DNA of 64,000 nucleotides. It comes from Candidatus Subterrananammoxibius californiae (GTDB taxonomy: Bacteria; Planctomycetota; Brocadiia; Brocadiales; Subterrananammoxibiaceae). The position numbers and the translations under genes were made by a program. Shown piece by piece: positions 49,522 through 58,291 of this stretch. The DNA lies in contig JAURAC010000001.1 of NCBI GenBank assembly GCA_030586555.1, forward strand, positions 113,130 through 177,129, in the 5' to 3' direction. Numbering within the stretch: the stretch's first letter is position 1; every line of letters starts with the position of its first letter. The notes beneath the pieces are model-generated. The model was not told the DNA's origin and did no database searches. It saw only the letters and a program-made list of their open reading frames with translations.

Positions 49522-50805
49522 TTATACAGGCACAGCCTTTTTTACCTTCGGTCCACCTGAGGCGGACTGACCCTTTGTTTCGCTTTCAAGAAGTTCGTCA
49601 AATGCGGCAAGATTGGCCTTAATAATCTTGGGCGTTTTTACCTTCCCAAGCACTGCTTCCTGCGTCTTAAGTCCGTTACCAGTTATACTGATAACAATGG
49701 ATTCGTCCTTAGGTATCCTTCCCTGTTCAAGGAGTTTTTTCGTAACCGCAACCGTTACACCGCCTGCAGTCTCCGTGAATATGCCTTCTGTTGACGCTAA
49801 AAGTTTTATGCCTTCCACGAGTTCCTCATCGGTAACATCCTCAGCCCACCCACCGCATTCCTTTATTGCCTTAATGGCGTGGTAGCCGTCTGCAGGATTT
49901 CCAATTGCTATTGACTGGGCAATTGTGTTGGGTCTTACAGGCTTTATCATATCCCAGCCGTTCTTTACGGCAGTAGAGATTGGAGCGCTTCCGCTTGCCT
50001 GTGCGCCGTAAAGTTTTGTACCTACTTCGTTAATCAAACCGAGTTTTGCAAATTCCTTTATTGCTTTGCCAATCTTCATTATAAGGGAACCGCCAGCCAT
50101 TGGTACAACAATATGCTTTGGCGCCTTCCAGCCTAACTGTTCTACAATCTCGTATCCGTATGTCTTTGAGCCCTCCCCATAATATGGGCGGATATTAATA
50201 TTTACAAATGCCCATCCATACTTGCTTGCAATCTCTGCGCAAAGGCGATTCACGCCATCATAGTTTCCACTAATCTTTACCACATTTGTATCATAAATGA
50301 GCGTACCAAGAATCTTCCCCTGCTCAAGGTCTGCGGGCATGAAGATGTAACTTTCAAGGTTAGCCTGAACTGACTGTGCCGCTACTGCATTCCCAAGGTT
50401 GCCAGTAGTAGCGCATGCAACCGTCTTAAAACCAAATTCCTTGGCTTTTGAAAGGGCAGTTGATACAACCCTATCCTTAAAGGAAAAAGTGGGAAAGTTT
50501 ACCGAATCATTCTTTACGTAGAGTTCTTTGACCCCGAGCGCCTTCGCAAGATTATTCGCCCTGATAAGCGGTGTAAAGCCAACCTGTTCGCCAACCGTTG
50601 GCATACCATCTATAGGCAAAAGCTCTCTATATCGCCACATATTCTTACCACGCGATTGAATCTTTTCCCTCGTAAGCGCCTTCTTAATCTCATCGTACTC
50701 GTAATCAACCTCCAACGGACCAAAGCAATAACTGCACACATGAATAGGTTCCTTGGGATAGCTACGATTACATTCCCTGCATTTAAGACCCTTAACAAAA
50801 CTCAT
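49522..50805 (-). CDS. Threonine-synthase-like PLP enzyme (possibly an O-phosphohomoserine sulfhydrylase)
   Basis: N-terminal CxxC..CxxC, MWRYRELLP, PTFSFKDR (PLP Lys), ATTGN, IAIGNPADG, ITGNGLKT. Confidence 0.88.
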   Translation of the reverse strand: MSFVKGLKCRECNRSYPKEPIHVCSYCFGPLEVDYEYDEIKKALTREKIQSRGKNMWRYRELLPIDGMPTVGEQVGFTPLIRANNLAKALGVKELYVKNDSVNFPTFSFKDRVVSTALSKAKEFGFKTVACATTGNLGNAVAAQSVQANLESYIFMPADLEQGKILGTLIYDTNVVKISGNYDGVNRLCAEIASKYGWAFVNINIRPYYGEGSKTYGYEIVEQLGWKAPKHIVVPMAGGSLIMKIGKAIKEFAKLGLINEVGTKLYGAQASGSAPISTAVKNGWDMIKPVRPNTIAQSIAIGNPADGYHAIKAIKECGGWAEDVTDEELVEGIKLLASTEGIFTETAGGVTVAVTKKLLEQGRIPKDESIVISITGNGLKTQEAVLGKVKTPKIIKANLAAFDELLESETKGQSASGGPKVKKAVPV

Positions 50806-50824
50806 AGATATTCTCCTACATTTT

Positions 50825-50851
50825 TAAGGGTTCAAATTTTTGAACCCCTAC
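50825..50851 (-). repeat. GTAG-type REP-like palindrome in the leader
   Basis: Minus strand GTAGGGGTTCAAAAATTTGAACCCTTA. Confidence 0.7.
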
Positions 50852-50876
50852 CTGATTAGCAGAAAAACCTGCCAAC

Positions 50877-50919
50877 AAAAAAACCCCTTCTTACACTTTT
50901 TAAAGATAAGAAGAGGTTT
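50877..50919 (-). terminator. Intrinsic terminator (riboswitch expression platform)
   Basis: AAACCTCTTCTTA...TAAGAAGGGGTTT followed by a U-tract; its 5' arm (TCTTATCTTT) can alternatively pair with the P1 3' strand (AAAGATAAGA). Confidence 0.88.
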
Positions 50920-50928
50920 ATACCCTAC

Positions 50929-51041
50929 TCTTATCTTTCCCACTACTGGGCAGGAATTAGCACCAGCATCCATCCGCCTTAGGCGGACTGACCGGTTGCT
51001 GTGGCTTCATCGGGCCATTCCCTCTGCCACTCTTGATAAGA
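50929..51041 (-). ncRNA. SAM-I (S-box) riboswitch
   Basis: TCTTATCAAGAGTGGCAGAGGGAATGGCCCGATGAAGCCACAGCAACC...GGTGCTAATTCC...GGAAAGATAAGA matches the SAM-I consensus. Confidence 0.96.
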
Positions 51042-51063
51042 CACTCGGACTTAAATTGCGATT

Positions 51064-51092
51064 ATTATAGACTATATCATATTCTATGTCAA
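51064..51092 (-). promoter_or_regulatory. Perfect sigma70 promoter driving the riboswitch leader
   Basis: TTGACA-17 nt-TATAAT. Confidence 0.9.
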
Positions 51093-51290
51093 TGAGAAAT
51101 GTTGCCGCTCTTTAAATAGGGACACAAAATAGGGACACATCCCATTTATTGGAGATGAAAAGACCTCTGCAAACACTTTCTGAAAAACTAAGGCGTAATT
51201 TTGTCTTTAGAGTATAAAGGGGGGACTAAAAGATGGGGTAATTAATAAATGGGATGTGTCCCCATTTAATGAGAAATGTTGCCGCTCTTT
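51091..51290. mobile_element. MITE-like remnant with 24-bp inverted repeats, flanked by a 23-bp direct repeat of the czcA 3' end
   Basis: DR aatgagaaatgttgccgctcttt at 51091-51113 and 51268-51290; IR 51127-51150 / 51244-51267 (23/24 match); extra partial IR copy at 51114-51126. Confidence 0.8.
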
Positions 51291-54200
51291 TCTGTTTCTC
51301 TTTTTTCGAACCAGCGATAGAGAGCAGGCAGGACAAATAATGTTAGCAGGGTGGAGAAGGCTTCGCCGCAAATGATTACAGTTGCGAGGGGTTTCTGAAC
51401 CTCGGCACCCATACCCGTAGAGATAGCCATGGGAAGGAAGCCGATAATATCCGTTGATACAGTCATTAAGATTGGGCGCAAACGTGTCTCCGCCCCCTTA
51501 ATTACAGCTTCTTTTATTGGTATGCCGCTTTGTCTTAGCTCATTAATAAAGGATACCATCACCACGCTGGCAAGTACCGTTAAACCAAAGAGTATGATGA
51601 ATCCTACACCGGCGGATATGCTGAAAGGCATCCCTCTGAGATAGAGGGCAACGATACCTCCCGTTGCGGCAATCGGAATGTTTATATAAATAAGTAAGGC
51701 GTTCTTTATGGAACGAAATGCTGCATAAAGGAGGACAAATATCAGAAAGAGCGCCGTGGGGACCGCTATGGCAAGCCGCACCCTTGCTCTTTGCATATTT
51801 TCAAATTGACCACCATATGTAATGAAGTATCCGGGTGGCAGGTTCACTTCCTCTTTAATCTTTTTTTGAGCCTCTGCAACAAAGCTTCCAATGTCCCTTC
51901 CCCTGATGTTGCATTCAACCACAATCCTGCGCTGTGCATGCTCTCGACTTATCTGTACAGGTCCTTCAACAACCTCTATTTCTGCCAATTGACTCATTGG
52001 GACGTTTACACCGCCTGGTGAGCTAATAAGGATATTCCTTATAGCCTCAACACTTCCCCGCGCTTCAGGAGAAAATCTTGCTATCAGGTCAAAACGCATC
52101 TGCCCCTCAAACACCTCACTGGCACGCTTACCGCCAATGGCAGTTTCAATGACATCCTGTACATCTGACACATTAATCCCGTACCGTGCTATGGCGGCAC
52201 GGTCAATACTAATTTGAAGCACCGGCTGCCCAGCCACCTGCTCTGCCTTGACGTCCTCTGCGCCGTGAATGGCAGCCACCGCCCTTTCAATCTCTCCAGC
52301 CGTTTCTTTCAATATCTCAAGGTCGTCTCCAAAGAGTTTTACGGCAATATCAGACCTGATGCCAGCAATCAGTTCATTAACCCTCATTTCAATGGGCTGG
52401 CTAAAGCTGTATATCATGCCTGGAATTCTGGTAAGCGCCTTCTCCATCAGGTTTACTAATTCTTCCTTGTCTTTTGAGGTTTTCCATTCCTTACGGGGTT
52501 TTAAGGTTACAAATACATCGGTCAATTCCTGTCCCATGGGGTCGAAGCCAATTTCTGCTCTACCCGTCTGTGAGACCACTGTCTCGACTTCAGGGAATTG
52601 CATTAATACTTGTTCTATCTTTCCTAATAAGTCGGCAGAGTGTGTCAGGGAAACACTCGGCAGCCTCTGGGCGTGTATGGCAATCGCCCCCTCGTCAAGT
52701 TCTGGTATAAACTCTGAGCCTAAGCGTGGCACAAGCGCAAGGCTTGAGAAAAAACATACCGCTACTATGGCAATTGTGATGCGAGGGTGGTCAACCGTCT
52801 TGTGCAGGAGGGGAAGATACCCCTTTTTGATGAATCTTATAACCCGATTTTCTTCCTTAAAAGCCGTAATACCCTTTTTGAATACGAAGGAACATAACAC
52901 GGGTATAACTGTAATGGCTATAATAAGCGAACCTACCATTGCGAATATCATCGTAAATGCCATGGGTTTAAACATCTTTCCTTCCAAGCCCTGAAGGGTT
53001 GCAATGGGAAGATAGACGATGATAATTATCATTACTGCAAAGAAGATGGGTCTGCCCACCTCGTGGGCGGATTCATGGATGGTCTGAGTAATCCCATCTG
53101 AGTTTTTTTGTTTTAAAGAAAGGTGTCTAACGATGTTTTCCACCATAACAACAGAGCCGTCAACAATAATTCCAAAATCAAGCGCACCGAGGCTCATTAG
53201 AGTAGCTGCAATGCCTGCCTGATACATGGCAGAAAAGGTGAAAAGGGCGGTAAGGGGTATGGAGAATGCCACAAGAAGCGCGCCACGCCAGTTGCCCAGC
53301 AGGAGGATTAACAGGGCTACCACTAATATTATTCCGCTTGTAATATTATTCCTTACTGTATGGATGGTTGCGTTAACAAGGTCTGTACGGTCATGAAATG
53401 GATTTATTGTAACGCCTGCCGGTAAGTAAGGCTTAATATCTTCTAACTTTTTCTTGAGACGATTCACCACAGTTCGACTATTTTCGTTCTTAAGCAACAT
53501 TGCCGTGCCAGCCACAACCTCGCCCTTGCCATCCCTCGTTGCGGCGCCATAACGAATCTCAGGACCAACAATCACGTTGCCCAGATTCTTAACAAATATA
53601 GGCGTTCCCGACGTCTCATCTACATCAACAACGATGTTCTCTATGTCCTCAATTGTCCTGACGAGCCCAACGCCTCGAATATTATATTGTTCAGAGGCAT
53701 GCTCGATATACGCCCCGCCAGTATTTACGTTATTCTTAGCAAGCGCCTCAAAGACCTGCCTTAGCGGTATCCTTAAACTAACAAGTTTAGCCGGGTCAAT
53801 CACTACTTGATACTGCTTAACAAAACCTCCCATACTATTTACTTCTGTAATACCTGGAACGGTTAACAGTTGCAATCTTATTATCCAGTCCTGGATGGTC
53901 CTTAATTCCATTGGGGAGAGGTCTTTCCCTTCGACCGTATATCTATATATTTCACCCAAGCCGGTGCTGATGGGACCCATAAGCGGCTGCCCCAAACCTG
54001 CTGGAATCCTCTCCTTTGCAATTTGCAGCCTTTCTAAAACCAGTTGTCGTGCAAAATATATGTCCACACTGTCTGCAAATACAACAGTGACCTGAGAAAA
54101 GGCAGATTTAGACAGGGAGCGTATTTCGTCAATATAAGGCAATCCACTCATTGCAGACTCTATGGGAAATGTTACAAGCTTCTCTACATCAACAGGACCG

Positions 54201-54367
54201 AGCCCAGGCACGTCGGTGTTGATTTGAACCTGGTTGGTAGTTACATCCGGTACGGCATCAATGGGCAGGTGTTTGAGTGAATATAACCCAAAACCTATTA
54301 ACAACAACAGACCCACTAATACAAGAAATCGTTGCTTTATGGCAAAGCCAATGAGCTTTTCAATCAT
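51266..54367 (-). CDS. czcA: Heavy-metal efflux RND permease (CzcA/CusA family)
   Basis: LPIDAVPD, GPISTGLGEI, MSLGALDFGIIVDG, EFIPELDEG, RLRPILMT, GAEVQKPLA; start at MIEKLI. Confidence 0.93.
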   Translation of the reverse strand: MIEKLIGFAIKQRFLVLVGLLLLIGFGLYSLKHLPIDAVPDVTTNQVQINTDVPGLGPVDVEKLVTFPIESAMSGLPYIDEIRSLSKSAFSQVTVVFADSVDIYFARQLVLERLQIAKERIPAGLGQPLMGPISTGLGEIYRYTVEGKDLSPMELRTIQDWIIRLQLLTVPGITEVNSMGGFVKQYQVVIDPAKLVSLRIPLRQVFEALAKNNVNTGGAYIEHASEQYNIRGVGLVRTIEDIENIVVDVDETSGTPIFVKNLGNVIVGPEIRYGAATRDGKGEVVAGTAMLLKNENSRTVVNRLKKKLEDIKPYLPAGVTINPFHDRTDLVNATIHTVRNNITSGIILVVALLILLLGNWRGALLVAFSIPLTALFTFSAMYQAGIAATLMSLGALDFGIIVDGSVVMVENIVRHLSLKQKNSDGITQTIHESAHEVGRPIFFAVMIIIIVYLPIATLQGLEGKMFKPMAFTMIFAMVGSLIIAITVIPVLCSFVFKKGITAFKEENRVIRFIKKGYLPLLHKTVDHPRITIAIVAVCFFSSLALVPRLGSEFIPELDEGAIAIHAQRLPSVSLTHSADLLGKIEQVLMQFPEVETVVSQTGRAEIGFDPMGQELTDVFVTLKPRKEWKTSKDKEELVNLMEKALTRIPGMIYSFSQPIEMRVNELIAGIRSDIAVKLFGDDLEILKETAGEIERAVAAIHGAEDVKAEQVAGQPVLQISIDRAAIARYGINVSDVQDVIETAIGGKRASEVFEGQMRFDLIARFSPEARGSVEAIRNILISSPGGVNVPMSQLAEIEVVEGPVQISREHAQRRIVVECNIRGRDIGSFVAEAQKKIKEEVNLPPGYFITYGGQFENMQRARVRLAIAVPTALFLIFVLLYAAFRSIKNALLIYINIPIAATGGIVALYLRGMPFSISAGVGFIILFGLTVLASVVMVSFINELRQSGIPIKEAVIKGAETRLRPILMTVSTDIIGFLPMAISTGMGAEVQKPLATVIICGEAFSTLLTLFVLPALYRWFEKRETEKSGNISH

Positions 54368-54389
54368 CTTATTAATTCTGTGCCACACA

Positions 54390-54469
54390 GGGTGGCACGG
54401 ACAAACTTGTTTGTCCGTGGTATCAAGCTGTTAAGAAGCACGGACGAGCAAAGCTTGTCCATGCCACCC
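54390..54469. repeat. Inverted pair of GGGTGGCACGGACAA-type palindromes (REPIN-like)
   Basis: 54390-54421 and inverted copy 54439-54469; same family as 44191-44273. Confidence 0.82.
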
Positions 54470-54488
54470 ATCTATTAAAGAAGTAAGT

Positions 54489-55775
54489 TTAATCCGGGCA
54501 ACCTTCACCAAATTTTTCTTTTTGTAACTCAGACTTTAGGAGGAAGCTGCCTTTTGTAACTACCTTTTGACCGTCCTTAAGCCCTTCCAGGACCTCATAA
54601 CATTCTGGGGTTGCAGTTCCAAGAAGCACCTTTTTCTTTATGAAATAATTGTCTTTTAGGGGTATAAAGACTATCTTATCAGCCCCGTCGGACTGTACAG
54701 AATCCCTGGGTATTATCAAGGCGCCTCCCTTTTCACTCAGATGAATGGCAACTGTTACAAACATGCCCGGTTTAAGTTTACCCGTGGCATTATCAACCTC
54801 TGCCTGTACCTTGGTTGTCCTCGTCTTTTCGCTAACCGTGTTGCCTATGTATGTAATCTGTCCTTCAAAGTTCTCGTCCGGATATGCCAGCACTAAAAGC
54901 GAAACATTTTGCCCATTTTTAACCTTTGCAAGGTCTTTCTCATATACGTCAAACCAGACCCAAAGACGGGTTAAATCAGCGACCCTGAAGAGACCAAAGC
55001 CAACGTCAACCCTTTCTCCAATAACTGCATGCTTTTCGATAACAGTACCGTCAAAAGGCGCTATTATTGGAAGCAAGGACTGAAATTCTTCATGTTCCCG
55101 GATTTTTTGAACATCTGAATCCTTCATACCTAACAGGTGCAGCCGTTCCTCAAGGGCACGTAATTCAATCCTTGCCCTTTCGAGTTCAGATTCGGCTTCG
55201 ATGAAGGTTTTCTGAGAAACAACCTGTTTTTCGGACAGTGTTTTAACCCTGTCGTAATTTTTACCTGCCAGTTCCATCATAGCCTTTGCCTTTAAGTAAT
55301 CTGATTTTGCCTGGCCAAACTCAATGCTATCAAGCAGTACAACGGTTTCTCCAGCCGTCACCTTATCGCCGAGTCCCTTATATACTTCCTTTATTATGCC
55401 AGGGATTCTTGGGGTTATATGAACCTCACGGTCGGGATTTGTGGAAATTTCTCCCGGCGCCTCTATAATCGAGTTTAACGTTGATTCCTTTGCCTCGGCT
55501 AATTCAAGCATCCCTTCCTTTTTTAAAAATTCACTATCCACCTTAACGACCCCTACTTCGTATCTGCAGCCGTCGCATTCTATAATTGGTATATTGTGCT
55601 CGCAGTTCCCCTCAAGAGCATTATCAATTCTTATATCCTCAACATTCTCAATAATGTCACCCTGAGCGAAGCGAAGGGTCTCGTAACGAGATTCTTCGCT
55701 ACCGCTCAGAATGACATCAGTATAGACCCCCAAAAACGCTCCACAGAATAGCAGTGAGTAAAAAAGTTTTTTCAT
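54489..55775 (-). CDS. czcB: RND periplasmic adaptor (CzcB-like) with an N-terminal Cys/His motif
   Basis: Lipoyl/hairpin MFP pattern (APFDG.V, ADL..LWV, TRT, LKPGMF); CEH.....ECDGC; C-terminal GCPD. Confidence 0.88.
   Translation of the reverse strand: MKKLFYSLLFCGAFLGVYTDVILSGSEESRYETLRFAQGDIIENVEDIRIDNALEGNCEHNIPIIECDGCRYEVGVVKVDSEFLKKEGMLELAEAKESTLNSIIEAPGEISTNPDREVHITPRIPGIIKEVYKGLGDKVTAGETVVLLDSIEFGQAKSDYLKAKAMMELAGKNYDRVKTLSEKQVVSQKTFIEAESELERARIELRALEERLHLLGMKDSDVQKIREHEEFQSLLPIIAPFDGTVIEKHAVIGERVDVGFGLFRVADLTRLWVWFDVYEKDLAKVKNGQNVSLLVLAYPDENFEGQITYIGNTVSEKTRTTKVQAEVDNATGKLKPGMFVTVAIHLSEKGGALIIPRDSVQSDGADKIVFIPLKDNYFIKKKVLLGTATPECYEVLEGLKDGQKVVTKGSFLLKSELQKEKFGEGCPD
55655..55716. repeat. 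TGTCAT/CCTGAGCG...CGCTCAGAATGACA palindromic element in-frame in czcB
   Basis: tgtcaccctgagcgaagcgaagggtctcgtaacgagattcttcgctaccgctcagaatgaca; translated as VILSGSEESRYETLRFAQGD. Confidence 0.85.
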
Positions 55776-55791
55776 TGTTTAACTCCTATGT

Positions 55792-57087
55792 TTATTCATG
55801 GGAAATCTCCGTAATCCTCTTACCTGTTAGTTTCTCTAACTCTGCTATCGTCACATTCAACCCCTTTAATGTAGATATATATGAAGCCCTTGCCTGCGCA
55901 AGGGTGCGCTGGGCATCTAATACATCGAGGTAGCTAAACTCCCCCTCTTTGTAGCCCTCGGTTGCGAGATTTAAAGATTGCTCTGCACGGGGAAGTATTT
56001 CCTCGATAAACGCCTTTACCTGTTTACCCTGCGCACCATAAGTTGAGAAAGTCTGGTTAAGTTGTAATAAAAGATTGTTGTACAATGTTTTATAATCCCT
56101 CTCTGCCTTTCCTACCAGGGCCCTCGATTCAGCAATCTTGCCCTGGTTGCGGTTAAAGATGGGAAAGGGAACTTCGACTGCGAGTCTTGCTATATCTTCT
56201 TCAGCTCCACCATCGCGTCCATACCCGGCAGAGACATCAAGGTTTGGAATAACTTCTCTCTTAGCCTGTTTAACTATTGTATTTGCACGCTCAACGTTCT
56301 GTTTCCCTGCCTCGAGTAGCGGATAATTCTGTGAAAGATACAGTTGAAGTTTGTCTAAATCTAAAATTGGAGTTTCTTTAGAAAGGGCTCCAACAGGTTC
56401 TCTTGATTGTACCTCGGGTTCACCCATAACAGTAAAGAGTCTTTTCTGAGCATTTAGTAATTCCACCTCGGCGTTTGTTCTGTCATTTATTGACCGCGCT
56501 GTCTCAACCTCCGCCTTAAAGACCTCTATCTGGGGGATGTCCCCAGCCTCGAACCTCTTTCTTGCGGCGTCTTCTAAATTCCTGGCAATACGAGCGGTTT
56601 CCTCTGCAATCTTAAACCCTTCCTTTGCCGCAAGAACCTCATAAAAGGCTCGTTTAGTCTGGCTCATTATGTCGAGTGCTAAAGCTTCGTATTCAAGCTC
56701 TGCAACAGTTTTTTCCCTCCTCGCAACCTCAGTACGAAGTCCTCTTTTTCCTCCCGTTTCAAACAACTGGCCTATTCCTAATGTATTTTGCCCCTTTCCC
56801 GGGTCTATACCATTAGTCCCATGAGCAGGGACTTCTTCAGCATTATATTGAAGTCTTGGGTTTGGTCTTAATTGAGCCTGTTTGATTCTACCTTCAGCAG
56901 CCTCTATGTTTTTACGCATAGCGGCTAATTGAGGGTTCTTTTCCAGCGCAGTCTGTATTGCAGTATCCAGCGTAAGGGTTTCTGGGATTGCTTCGCCTTC
57001 GGCTTGCAATGACGACACTGTTCCGCAAACACCTTTATTTGTGTTTATGCAGAACACTGAAAGAAATAATATTAAGACGTATCTCAT
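55792..57087 (-). CDS. czcC: Outer membrane efflux protein (TolC/CzcC family)
   Basis: Signal peptide, NPQL, PNP, FETGGKR, PIFNRNQG, GEFSYLDVLDAQR. Confidence 0.9.
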   Translation of the reverse strand: MRYVLILFLSVFCINTNKGVCGTVSSLQAEGEAIPETLTLDTAIQTALEKNPQLAAMRKNIEAAEGRIKQAQLRPNPRLQYNAEEVPAHGTNGIDPGKGQNTLGIGQLFETGGKRGLRTEVARREKTVAELEYEALALDIMSQTKRAFYEVLAAKEGFKIAEETARIARNLEDAARKRFEAGDIPQIEVFKAEVETARSINDRTNAEVELLNAQKRLFTVMGEPEVQSREPVGALSKETPILDLDKLQLYLSQNYPLLEAGKQNVERANTIVKQAKREVIPNLDVSAGYGRDGGAEEDIARLAVEVPFPIFNRNQGKIAESRALVGKAERDYKTLYNNLLLQLNQTFSTYGAQGKQVKAFIEEILPRAEQSLNLATEGYKEGEFSYLDVLDAQRTLAQARASYISTLKGLNVTIAELEKLTGKRITEISHE

Positions 57088-57093
57088 AATGAG

Positions 57094-57110
57094 TACTACC
57101 AACGATAGTA
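57094..57110. promoter_or_regulatory. Candidate BlaI-type operator upstream of czcC
   Basis: TACTAC-N5-ATAGTA, 6 bp upstream of the czcC ATG; near-identical arms at 58766-58782. Confidence 0.6.
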
Positions 57111-57133
57111 GAATAATCTAAAATTTTTTTTCA

Positions 57134-58291
57134 TCAGCAAGCGGAGCAATAAAGCGAAAAGACGTCCTCCATAAGGCAGTGTATATATGATAAGCTACTG
57201 GCAAGCATTAAAGAAATCGCAACAACAAAGGCAAGTATGGACAATCCGGAAAGGGCAAGGAAACACAGTTTGTAACGATAAGTACGTAGGGGCACGTTGT
57301 AACGTGCCCCTACATTTTCCGATGCAACTACCTGTTCTTTACAGAGAAGATTCTCGACCCTTGTCTGTATAAGGGGTTTCTCTCCGTAAAAAGCTGCGCC
57401 GGAAATTACCACATGAAAACCCTTTTGCTGTATCATAACCTCAGCCAGCTTAACTAAAGTCGAAGCGACCTTTTGTCTGGAAGCGACAACCTGTGCAGAA
57501 AAATTATCGCAAAAAAGTTCCCGCCGTTCGTACCAACCCTTTAAAAGGGTTCTACACCCCGGATATACCCATGATAAATCAGAAATAAAGGTTAAAATAT
57601 AAGAAACAAGATTATCGTATCGAAGGACGTGACAATGCTCGTGTGCCAGGATAACTTGCAAGTCATCTTTATTCATTTTGGATACAAGGGTGTCTGAAAT
57701 CCAAATCCTTGAACGCAGCCATCCTTTTGTAAAACATAATGGTAATTGTGAATTAATCATTCTAACTTCTGGCAATTTATGATTAATAAGCCGTTCAACC
57801 TCATTGATGGCATAATTTAGTTTAACTTGCAGTTTTTTATCATATATGGAATTAAGTGAAGAACCGTTTTTAACGGCATTCCACAACCTCCTGAACCAGA
57901 ATACAATAGTTCCAGCAATCAAAATCGTGGCAATAATTAAGGCAAGGTTATCTAAATGAAAAAGACCTAACGGATGACACAAACTACTTAGCAATGGCTT
58001 CTGAACTAAGGCAAGGTTATCTAAATGAAAAAGGCTTAATGGGGTAGAATACCTGGGCGTTGAACAGGGAATATTATCAAACCTGCTAATTATTAAATGT
58101 GGAAAGAAGCATATCACTAAAAGACAAATAGTAACCAATACCGGCGCCACAATAGTAAAAACATGCCATATCCCACTCTCACTCTCTTTTATATTACGCC
58201 TGTTTAGAAACCTCAAAGGACTCATTAAAAAATACTGATTCCAATTTAGCATTAACCACAAGGCGCAAAGTAATATAAGAAAACACTTCAA
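57134..58291 (-). CDS. M56 (BlaR1-type) membrane zinc peptidase without a penicillin-binding domain
   Basis: PLCFT.G....I, ILAHEHCH (HExxH), RE..CD, A..LVKLA; GTGA overlap with the upstream repressor gene. Confidence 0.85.
   Translation of the reverse strand: MKCFLILLCALWLMLNWNQYFLMSPLRFLNRRNIKESESGIWHVFTIVAPVLVTICLLVICFFPHLIISRFDNIPCSTPRYSTPLSLFHLDNLALVQKPLLSSLCHPLGLFHLDNLALIIATILIAGTIVFWFRRLWNAVKNGSSLNSIYDKKLQVKLNYAINEVERLINHKLPEVRMINSQLPLCFTKGWLRSRIWISDTLVSKMNKDDLQVILAHEHCHVLRYDNLVSYILTFISDLSWVYPGCRTLLKGWYERRELFCDNFSAQVVASRQKVASTLVKLAEVMIQQKGFHVVISGAAFYGEKPLIQTRVENLLCKEQVVASENVGARYNVPLRTYRYKLCFLALSGLSILAFVVAISLMLASSLSYIHCLMEDVFSLYCSAC
57286..57313. repeat. GTAG-type REP palindrome in-frame in the M56 gene
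   Basis: gtaggggcacgtt-gt-aacgtgcccctac, 13-bp perfect stem; translated as VGARYNVPLR. Confidence 0.88.
57938..58033. repeat. 27-bp direct repeat with 69-bp period in the M56 gene
   Basis: taaggcaaggttatctaaatgaaaaag at 57938 and 58007; LFHLDNLAL occurs twice. Confidence 0.9.

Noticed and set aside
52269..52994. Long antisense ORFs (241 aa here; also 37682-38287, 39227-39766, 43187-43666)
   Set aside because: They lie opposite well-conserved genes and show no motifs; they are shadow frames.
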